Source: Tannockella kyphosi
GTDB lineage: Bacteria; Bacillota_I; Bacilli_A; Erysipelotrichales; Coprobacillaceae
NCBI RefSeq assembly: GCF_021054785.1
Contig: NZ_CP088239.1
Span: forward strand, 930,001 to 962,000
Length of the DNA: 32,000 nucleotides
Reading direction: 5' to 3'
Shown here: positions 24,821 to 32,000 of the stretch, one piece after another
Layout: each line of letters opens with the position of its first letter
Numbering within the stretch: position 1 is the stretch's first letter
Notes under the pieces: model-generated
Databases searched by the model: none
What the model was told of the DNA's origin: nothing
The model's input: only the letters and a program-made list of their open reading frames with translations
Translations under genes and position numbers: made by a program

Positions 24821-25828
24821 TTACTCCACACTCTCCGCCGTCTCTAACATATTTTCAATAAATATCCCATATCCCTTTGTCGGATTATTCACAAAAACAT
24901 GTGTAACGGCACCGATAAGCTTTCCATTTTGGATGATGGGTGATCCTGACATTCCTTGAATAATCCCATTTGTAGAATCCAACACAGATTCATCAACTAA
25001 TGTGAAAGTAATTCCTTTGATCCCAGTACTAGAATCACTATCTATTTCTGTAATCTCAATAAGACATTCTTGAATAGTATCATCCTCTAAAACAGTTAAA
25101 AAATATGCTTCCCCTAACTCTATTTCTTCTTTTGATGCACATTCTATAAGATCATTTGTATTGTATTCGATAGTATTAGTAATACCATAAATACCAAGAT
25201 CACTATGATATAAAACTTCTCCTAAAACATCATCTCCAATCGTTGCAAATTTTTGCCCTGCTACACTAAATGTAGCTTTTTGAATCTCTGTAACATAACT
25301 ATTATAAATAGTTCCGTTTTGTAACAAACCTAATGAAGATAAATCATCGAATGCCATTGCATGTCCTAATGCACCAAACATGTTTTCTTCAACATCAATA
25401 TAGGTTAACGTTCCAATACCCAAGACTCGATCTTTTACATACAATCCTGTTTGTAAAAGGTCATCTTGATTGGACACTTTCAACTGATGTGACAATAAGT
25501 CTCCATCCCTTAAAATAGATAGTACAATTCCCTGTGAATCAACATATAACATTTGTAACTGTTCATTAAAATCACTTATTTGCCAAATTGCAACACTATT
25601 AACAGATAAAATAATATCTCCCTCATTTAATCCATTTTCTAAAGGATTATAAGAATTATCATCTATTATAATATTATATCCTCCCGTAATAACTACTCCT
25701 GGACATTCCAATTCAATTGCAATAGATGCACCAGAAGGAATAACTGTTTTTGCATATAATGCAAAAACACTATTGAAAAGCAAAATTAAAACAATAAAAA
25801 TTGATAGAAATGATTTTTTTAAAAGCAT
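24821..25828 (-). CDS. spoIVB: SpoIVB peptidase (S55 family, PDZ plus serine protease)
   Basis: Signal/TM N-terminus, PDZ-like GDIILSVN, catalytic contexts FGALGH and GMSGSPI. Conserved position after recN. Start placed at the ATG at 25826-25828, with AGGAGG 5 nt upstream. Confidence 0.85.
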   Translation of the reverse strand: MLLKKSFLSIFIVLILLFNSVFALYAKTVIPSGASIAIELECPGVVITGGYNIIIDDNSYNPLENGLNEGDIILSVNSVAIWQISDFNEQLQMLYVDSQGIVLSILRDGDLLSHQLKVSNQDDLLQTGLYVKDRVLGIGTLTYIDVEENMFGALGHAMAFDDLSSLGLLQNGTIYNSYVTEIQKATFSVAGQKFATIGDDVLGEVLYHSDLGIYGITNTIEYNTNDLIECASKEEIELGEAYFLTVLEDDTIQECLIEITEIDSDSSTGIKGITFTLVDESVLDSTNGIIQGMSGSPIIQNGKLIGAVTHVFVNNPTKGYGIFIENMLETAESVE

Positions 25829-25883
25829 AGACACCTCCTTTTGTAACCATTGTTACAAAATAGTTTGGCATCTATGCTTTTTA

Positions 25884-27533
25884 TTATGTAAGATTTTTTT
25901 TAATAAAACGAACATGCTCTAATGATTCCTCAGTAATATTTTTTCCTGATATCATTTTTGCTAATTCCTCATTACTTGCTTGTTCATCAAGTAATTCTAC
26001 TTTCACATGTGTTGAAATATCATCACTTTGCTTTGAAATAAAATAATGATAATCTTCATACGCTGCCACTTGGAATAAGTGCGTAATACAAAGTACTTGA
26101 TAATGTTTCGAAATACGTTTCATAACACTTCCAATACTTTGAGCAACTTCTCCACTAACTCCACTATCTGCTTCATCAAAAATAATGGTAGAAGTAGTAC
26201 CATATTTAAGTGTTTGAAGCTTAATTGCTAACATAATACGTGACAATTCACCACCAGAAGCAATTTTATGCAAAGGTTGTAATTTACTCCCAACATTTGT
26301 TTGAATTAAAAAACTAACCGCATCAATACCTTGTTTATTTAAATCAACTAAATCAAAATGAATCATAAAAACAACATTTGGTAGATGTAATTCTTTTAAC
26401 AGTAATTCAATATCACTCTGTAAAATAAGGGCTTTTTGTTTACGTAATGAAGATATGGCTTGGGCTTGATGCATCATTTCCTTTTTAATATCTAAAAACT
26501 GATTTTGAAGTTGGTCTAAAAGAGATTCTCTTTGACTTGCAAATTCAATTTTTTTAACTAAATCATCTCTAGCACTAATAATACTTTCTAAAGAAAAACC
26601 ATATTTTTTCTTTAAACGATTAAGCTTCCTTAATACATCCGATATATTTTCTAAATCAACACTATCATAATCCTGTCCATAATAAATAGTAGTAAAATTA
26701 GAATGGATATCTTTGATTGTATAAAATAAATCATATAATTTGTGATAATCTTCTTGATAATCTACATCCTCTTCTAATGTATCAATTTCACTAAGTGCTT
26801 CTTTTAATCCTGTGAATACTTGATTATCCATCAAGTATTCATAGCGTAAAAAAGATTCTTGAATTTTTAATGTATTTTCCATTTTCTTTTTTAAAGCATG
26901 TAGTTCATCTTCGTTAATATCATCTATATCAATAGCATTAATTTCATCAAGCTGTGCTTGATAAAAATCAATTTGTTCATCACTATATTCTTCTTGTTCT
27001 AAAGTAGCTATTTCTTTTTTTAAAATAGAGAATTTTTTAAATAACATTTGATATTCTCTAATAAGAGGTTCTAAATCATCATGTATGTATTGGTCCAATA
27101 ATCCTAAATGGTTTTTAGGATTAAATAAACTATGTGTTTCGAATTGAGAATGTATATCAACCATTTTAGGCATAAGTTGTTTTAAAAAAGCCAAAGAAAC
27201 TGTACGATAATTCATTTTAATGATACTTTTGCCATCAATAGAAATAGATTTAGAAACAATTAAAGTATCATCTACATCAAAATCATTATCAATTAAAAGT
27301 TGTTTTATATCTTTGTTATTAGAAACATCAAAAACACCTTCTATAAAAGCTTTTTCTTCTCCATTTTTAATCATGGAAACTTGGCTACGATCACCTAATA
27401 GTTGTCCGATTGCATCAATAATAATTGACTTACCTGCCCCTGTTTGGCCAGTTAAAACAGTCATCCCTTGATGAAAATCAATTGAACATGATTCAATGAT
27501 TGCAAAATTTTGTATTATTAAGCTCTGTAACAT
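25884..27533 (-). CDS. recN: DNA repair protein RecN
   Basis: Walker A GQTGAGKS, a long coiled-coil middle, SMC-type signature ASGGELSR, and Walker B IIFDEADSGVSG. Confidence 0.9.
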   Translation of the reverse strand: MLQSLIIQNFAIIESCSIDFHQGMTVLTGQTGAGKSIIIDAIGQLLGDRSQVSMIKNGEEKAFIEGVFDVSNNKDIKQLLIDNDFDVDDTLIVSKSISIDGKSIIKMNYRTVSLAFLKQLMPKMVDIHSQFETHSLFNPKNHLGLLDQYIHDDLEPLIREYQMLFKKFSILKKEIATLEQEEYSDEQIDFYQAQLDEINAIDIDDINEDELHALKKKMENTLKIQESFLRYEYLMDNQVFTGLKEALSEIDTLEEDVDYQEDYHKLYDLFYTIKDIHSNFTTIYYGQDYDSVDLENISDVLRKLNRLKKKYGFSLESIISARDDLVKKIEFASQRESLLDQLQNQFLDIKKEMMHQAQAISSLRKQKALILQSDIELLLKELHLPNVVFMIHFDLVDLNKQGIDAVSFLIQTNVGSKLQPLHKIASGGELSRIMLAIKLQTLKYGTTSTIIFDEADSGVSGEVAQSIGSVMKRISKHYQVLCITHLFQVAAYEDYHYFISKQSDDISTHVKVELLDEQASNEELAKMISGKNITEESLEHVRFIKKNLT

Positions 27534-27541
27534 AGTTTCAC

Positions 27542-28342
27542 CTACCCTTTTAAACTAGCATGTCCTGATTCAACAACTTCTTGAATATCTATATTTGTAG
27601 TTTGTCCATTTTTTATAAAATGTCCAATAAATTCAATATTTCCACTTCCTCCAGTAATAGGAGAAAAATCTAATGCTTGGATTATTAATCCATTATCATT
27701 TGCAAAACCAATTACTTTTTCAATCACTTGATAATGAATTTCAGGATCTTTGACAATCCCTTTTTTACCAACTTCTTCCTTACCTGCTTCAAATTGAGGT
27801 TTAATTAGTGCCATTACACTATCCCCATCTTGAATAATCTTTCCTAAAGGTTGAAAAATATGGTAAAGAGAAATGAAAGATACATCGATTGTTGCAAAAT
27901 TTGGTCTACCTTCCTCGAATAAATCGATTGTGGCATGTCTAAAATTTGTTTTTTCTTTTACAATAACTCTAGGATCATTTCTTAACTTCCAAACTAATTG
28001 ATTTGTGCCAACATCAACAGCATACACTTTCTTTGCTCCATTTTGTAAAGAACAGTCTGTAAAACCACCTGTAGAAGAACCAATATCTAATACGATTTTA
28101 TCTTGCAAACACAAATCAAAAACTTTTATAGCTTTTTCAAGTTTTAGACCACCTCTAGAAACATATGGCATGATTGATCCTTTTACAAATAAATTAGAAT
28201 CAATATCAATTTTAGTGCCAGGTTTATCAATAATATCATAATCATCTCTTACAATACCTGCCATAATGGCACGTTTTGCTTTTTCACGAGAATCAAAAAA
28301 ACCTTGTTCTACTAATAAAACATCTATTCTTTCTTTGGCCAT
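27542..28342 (-). CDS. tlyA: TlyA-family rRNA 2'-O-methyltransferase (S4 plus FtsJ domains)
   Basis: N-terminal S4-like RIDVLLVEQGFFDSREKAKRAIMAG, YVSRGGLKL, and SAM motif VLDIGSSTGGFTD. Conserved position after dxs. Confidence 0.85.
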   Translation of the reverse strand: MAKERIDVLLVEQGFFDSREKAKRAIMAGIVRDDYDIIDKPGTKIDIDSNLFVKGSIMPYVSRGGLKLEKAIKVFDLCLQDKIVLDIGSSTGGFTDCSLQNGAKKVYAVDVGTNQLVWKLRNDPRVIVKEKTNFRHATIDLFEEGRPNFATIDVSFISLYHIFQPLGKIIQDGDSVMALIKPQFEAGKEEVGKKGIVKDPEIHYQVIEKVIGFANDNGLIIQALDFSPITGGSGNIEFIGHFIKNGQTTNIDIQEVVESGHASLKG

Positions 28343-28377
28343 CTAAAAACTCCTTTCAATATAATATACTAACGTAA

Positions 28378-30240
28378 TTAGGATATTACTTCTTTTATCT
28401 TTTCTAATAATGAGTATTTATCAATTTTTTCATCACGATAAATATCATCAACACTTCCTGCAATTGAATAATGATCACCAATAGCAACACTACTAATTGA
28501 AACAGTTTTGTGATTTTGACTATAATAACTTGTTAATTGAGTAAATAACCCACCATTTTGTAAGTCAGTTTCATATACAATGATTGGTAATTTATATTCT
28601 GGAAGATGATTTACTAAATCGGTATCAATAGGTTTTAAAAATCTAGCATTTACTATATATGCTGGAATATGTTCTTGTTCTAAAAGCATTTCAACCACAT
28701 CCACATTATCACCATATGTTATAATAATCACTTTAGGATTATCATTGTTTTTATAGTTTAACCATTTTCCGTATACCATTTCTTGATATTGTTCAGTTGG
28801 TTTCAAAACACTATTTCTGCTGATTCTCATCATATATGGTCGATCAAAATGATCAAAAGCATAATCCATAAAGCTAAGTGCTTCATTTGCATCACGAGGT
28901 GCAAAAATTGTTAAATTTGGTACCGGTAAAAACATACCGATATCAAACACACCATGATGTGTTGGTCCATCACTACCCACTATGCCACAACGATCGATAC
29001 ATATAAAGGAAGGTAAATTCATTCTGGCAATATCATGATTCATTTGATCATATGCCCGTTGTATAAAAGAAGAATAAACAGAAAGAAATGGTTTAGCCCC
29101 TTGAATACTTAAGCCTGCAACAAAAGTTACGGCATGTTCCTCTGCAATTCCTACATCAAAACAACGATCAGGATAATCATGAAATAATTTTGTCATTTTT
29201 GAACCATGAACCATCGCTGGAGTAACAGCGACGATTTGATCATCTTTTGCCATTAATGTATTCATATGATTACTGACTACTTTAGACCAACTTATTTTAT
29301 TTTCATCTACTTTTTCTAATGATTGTCCAGATTCAATATCAAAAGGTCCAATACCATGCCATTTCCCACACTTATCATCAACTGCATGTACATATCCTTT
29401 TCCTTTTTGAGTATGAATATGAACAACAATACTTTCTTTACTTTCTTTCGCAAAATTTAAAGCTCTTTTCAATTCATTAATATCATGTCCATCTATTGGT
29501 CCAATATAACTTAAACCAAAATCATCAAACATAGTATGTTTAATTAAACTTTTTTTAAAGAACTCTTTGATAGATCTTGAAGTAGTAAAAATCTTATTAC
29601 GAACATTACCTCCAGATAATAAATTACGATAATCCTTTTTTAAATGATTATATGTATTTGAAATTCGAATATTCGATAAAAAATGTTCTACATTTCCAAC
29701 ACGACTTCCAATCGACATATGATTATCATTTAATATTAAAATTACTTTATTATTTAAAGATGCGATGTGATTAAGTGCTTCTAAAGAAGGTCCTGATAGC
29801 ATTGCACCATCTCCTACTACGGGAACAACATGAAAATTTTCATTTTTCAAATCCCTTGCAACCGCCATTCCAATAGCACCACTTAGTGCTGTTGAAGAAT
29901 GTCCAGCTTCCCATACATCATGTTTCGATTCTTTGGTTTTTTGAAAACCGGATAAACCATCTGTTTTCCTCAAGGTAGGAAAATATTTTGCTCGACCAGT
30001 TAGTATTTTATGTACATAAGATTGATGTCCAACATCAAAAAATATTTTATCATTTGGAGAATCAAAAACAAGGTGTAAAGCTATTGTTAGTTCCACAATA
30101 CCTAAATTACTAGATAGATGTCCACCCGTCTTTGAAATATTTTCAATTAAGAACGTACGAATAGAATCCGCTAAGTCATTTAGTTGTTTATCATCTAAAG
30201 TTTTTAAAAACTCAGGAGATTCTATTTTTGTAAGATCCAT
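28378..30240 (-). CDS. dxs: 1-deoxy-D-xylulose-5-phosphate synthase
   Basis: GGHLSSNLG, DVGHQSY, the ThDP motif GDGAMLSG...LNDN, and GSDGPTHHG. 620 aa. Confidence 0.95.
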   Translation of the reverse strand: MDLTKIESPEFLKTLDDKQLNDLADSIRTFLIENISKTGGHLSSNLGIVELTIALHLVFDSPNDKIFFDVGHQSYVHKILTGRAKYFPTLRKTDGLSGFQKTKESKHDVWEAGHSSTALSGAIGMAVARDLKNENFHVVPVVGDGAMLSGPSLEALNHIASLNNKVILILNDNHMSIGSRVGNVEHFLSNIRISNTYNHLKKDYRNLLSGGNVRNKIFTTSRSIKEFFKKSLIKHTMFDDFGLSYIGPIDGHDINELKRALNFAKESKESIVVHIHTQKGKGYVHAVDDKCGKWHGIGPFDIESGQSLEKVDENKISWSKVVSNHMNTLMAKDDQIVAVTPAMVHGSKMTKLFHDYPDRCFDVGIAEEHAVTFVAGLSIQGAKPFLSVYSSFIQRAYDQMNHDIARMNLPSFICIDRCGIVGSDGPTHHGVFDIGMFLPVPNLTIFAPRDANEALSFMDYAFDHFDRPYMMRISRNSVLKPTEQYQEMVYGKWLNYKNNDNPKVIIITYGDNVDVVEMLLEQEHIPAYIVNARFLKPIDTDLVNHLPEYKLPIIVYETDLQNGGLFTQLTSYYSQNHKTVSISSVAIGDHYSIAGSVDDIYRDEKIDKYSLLEKIKEVIS

Positions 30241-31080
30241 TTAATTCCCTCTTTTCTTTAATTGTTCAAAAATACCTAAATATATCTCATTATCACATGT
30301 TAGAGAAGATAATAAAGATTGACACTCTTTCAATAATTTTTCAACTTCTTGACAAGAAGCATCCATACCTAATAATTTAACATAGGTTGCTTTTCCATTT
30401 GCAATATCACTACCTGCATTCTTCCCTAATTTATCACTAGTCATTGTTACATCTAAAATATCATCTTGAATTTGGAACGCTAATCCTATCTTCATACCAA
30501 TTTCTTTCCAAGTTGAAACATTATCATTGTCAACAATTGTTGCACCCATTTCTAGTGCAGCACTAATTAAAGCACCTGTTTTATAATAATGAATTTCTTC
30601 TAATTTTGTTAAATCAATTTTTTTCTTTTCAGATTCCATATCTAAATTTTGACCATATATCATGCCTTCCACACCACTAGCATCAAATAGGATTTGTAAA
30701 CTTTTCAACTTTAATTCAGTATCAATATTAGCATTTAATATTACTAACATTGCTTGGTTTAAAAGAGCGTCACCAGCTAAAATAGCTGTTGCTTCTCCAA
30801 ATTTAATATGACAAGTTGGTTTTCCACGACGTAATGAATCATCATCCATCCCTGGTAAATCATCATGAATTAAAGAATACGTATGAATCATTTCAATAGC
30901 ACAAGCAATATCTAAATATTCCTCATAACTTACTCCATAACTACTTAAAACTTCTAAAAAGAAAACTGGACGTAATCTTTTACCACCTGCCATTAAAGAA
31001 TATTGCATAGCATCTCTAACTTTACTAGGTTTGTAACTATCCATTATTTCCTGTAATCTTGTTTCTAATTGTTCTATCAT
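30241..31080 (-). CDS. ispA: (2E,6E)-farnesyl diphosphate synthase / polyprenyl synthetase
   Basis: First Asp-rich motif LIHDDLPGMDDD and second motif FQIQDDILD. Start probably the ATG at 31078-31080 (MIEQLE), 8 nt after GAGGG. The alternative GTG at 31087-31089 is the one used by the track. Confidence 0.9.
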   Translation of the reverse strand: MIEQLETRLQEIMDSYKPSKVRDAMQYSLMAGGKRLRPVFFLEVLSSYGVSYEEYLDIACAIEMIHTYSLIHDDLPGMDDDSLRRGKPTCHIKFGEATAILAGDALLNQAMLVILNANIDTELKLKSLQILFDASGVEGMIYGQNLDMESEKKKIDLTKLEEIHYYKTGALISAALEMGATIVDNDNVSTWKEIGMKIGLAFQIQDDILDVTMTSDKLGKNAGSDIANGKATYVKLLGMDASCQEVEKLLKECQSLLSSLTCDNEIYLGIFEQLKKRGN

Positions 31081-31081
31081 A

Positions 31082-31297
31082 TTATTCACCCTCTTTGAAA
31101 TCTACAAATTCACCATTAATTTGTATTTTTGCAACCTTTCCTTCTATATTTTGTAGTTTTTTATTACAATGATTTGTTAGTAATATTCCTTCTTGATATA
31201 ATTCAACACTTTGTTCTAATGATGTTTGTTGAGATTCTAATAATCTAACTATTTCTTCTATTCTTTTTAATGCTTCTTCAAATGTCATCTTATCCAT
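31082..31297 (-). CDS. xseB: Exodeoxyribonuclease VII small subunit
   Basis: 71 aa. TFEEALKRIEEIVRLLE...LEQSVELYQEG is typical XseB. The start overlaps the xseA stop (TAATG). Confidence 0.85.
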   Translation of the reverse strand: MDKMTFEEALKRIEEIVRLLESQQTSLEQSVELYQEGILLTNHCNKKLQNIEGKVAKIQINGEFVDFKEGE

Positions 31298-32000
31298 TAT
31301 GATTCCTCCCTTTTAGCTAATGCATAAACTATTCCATCATGATATTGTACTTTTAAAAGATCATTGTTATTTATATCTTTACTGCTAGTTATCACTTTAT
31401 CATTAATATAAGTTATTGAATAACCTCTTTGCATTACTTTTAATGGGCTTAATGCATCTAACATAGCAACACTTTTGTTCCAACGATTTTGATTATTTAA
31501 AAGACGTGTATTCATTTGATGATGTAATGATTGTTCTAAACTATTTATATGTTGTGATGTATTTATTAAAAATAGTTTACTTAAGTGATGAAACTGTTGT
31601 GACGTTTTTTCAAAATTCACTTTCGTATTTATTATTTTGTTATCAAAAATATATTTCATATTATCCTGCGTATGTGCTAAACGTAGTTGATAATTTGTTA
31701 CTAACTTTTCTGGATTTTTAAATAAATAAAAATTTGATAATGCATCTAATTTTTGTCTGTTCATTTGCACTTGATGTAATAATATTTCATGTAAACGACG
31801 TTCCAATATATTGGCAGATTGCTTTAATTCCATTAAATCGGGACAAGCAAGTGTAGCTCCAGCAGTTGGCGTTAATCCTCTTGCATCAGCAACATAATCA
31901 CATATCGTAACATCAATTTCATGTCCAACCGCATTTATAATTGGTGTTTTACATGCAAATATTGTTCTAGCTAATTGTTCTTCATTAAAATTCCATAAAT
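31297..32000 (-). CDS. xseA: Exodeoxyribonuclease VII large subunit, 5'-truncated by the window edge
   Basis: The frame stays open upstream of the track's Met at 31833 through to 32000. It reads ...WNFNEEQLARTIFACKTPIINAVGHEIDVTICDYVADARGLTPTAGATLACPDLMEL..., the typical XseA GHExD...AD-x-R-x-TPT core. Confidence 0.85.
   Translation of the reverse strand, partial: LWNFNEEQLARTIFACKTPIINAVGHEIDVTICDYVADARGLTPTAGATLACPDLMELKQSANILERRLHEILLHQVQMNRQKLDALSNFYLFKNPEKLVTNYQLRLAHTQDNMKYIFDNKIINTKVNFEKTSQQFHHLSKLFLINTSQHINSLEQSLHHQMNTRLLNNQNRWNKSVAMLDALSPLKVMQRGYSITYINDKVITSSKDINNNDLLKVQYHDGIVYALAKREES

Noticed and set aside
25829-25883. Possible sigma-F/sigma-G type promoter (GCATA) and a small inverted repeat ttgtaac-catt-gttacaa (25842-25859) upstream of spoIVB.
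   Set aside because: I could not find a matching -10 element (CATnnTA or GGnnAnAnT) at the correct spacing from GCATA. The 7-bp hairpin is too weak to interpret.
1-32000. Scan for CRISPR arrays, tRNA/rRNA genes, long inverted repeats of IS elements, and integrase or transposase genes.
   Set aside because: I found no regularly spaced direct repeats, no tRNA-like cloverleaf candidates in the intergenic regions, and no ORF with recombinase or transposase motifs. The only repeats found are those reported as features.

Overview
Low-GC, Firmicute-type chromosomal segment with nearly all genes on the minus strand. I found no rRNA, tRNA or CRISPR array by eye. Read along the minus strand (32000 -> 1), the window holds seven blocks. 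(1) The conserved block xseA(partial)-xseB-ispA-dxs-tlyA-recN-spoIVB. (2) A ~6.7 kb patchwork accessory stretch (about 18.1-24.8 kb) directly behind spoIVB. It holds a DUF1016/YhcG-type nuclease, a GNAT, a TetR plus membrane-protein pair, gene-less decayed DNA, a Fic protein whose catalytic His reads Tyr, and a frameshifted ORF. Two orphan, degenerate copies of the spoIVB 3' end punctuate it. (3) A possible DAPG/phloretin-hydrolase-like gene. (4) A cysD-cysNC-sulfotransferase (PAPS-making) operon that continues into a zinc-ribbon membrane protein and two nitroreductases. (5) A translationally coupled two-gene cassette: an ImmA/IrrE-like protein with a broken HExxH motif, plus a 474-aa protein with an N-terminal class III nucleotidyl-cyclase-like domain. 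(6) A tightly packed seven-gene operon: V4R sensor, GGDEF cyclase, FIST-EAL phosphodiesterase, QueD-like, XrtG-like membrane protein, processive-type GT2, QueD-like. (7) An ABC ATPase/permease pair. The best candidates for an uncharacterised system are the c-di-GMP/XrtG-type operon (2297-9134) and the ImmA-like/cyclase-like cassette (9244-11183). All calls rest on hand translation and motif recognition; no searches were run.
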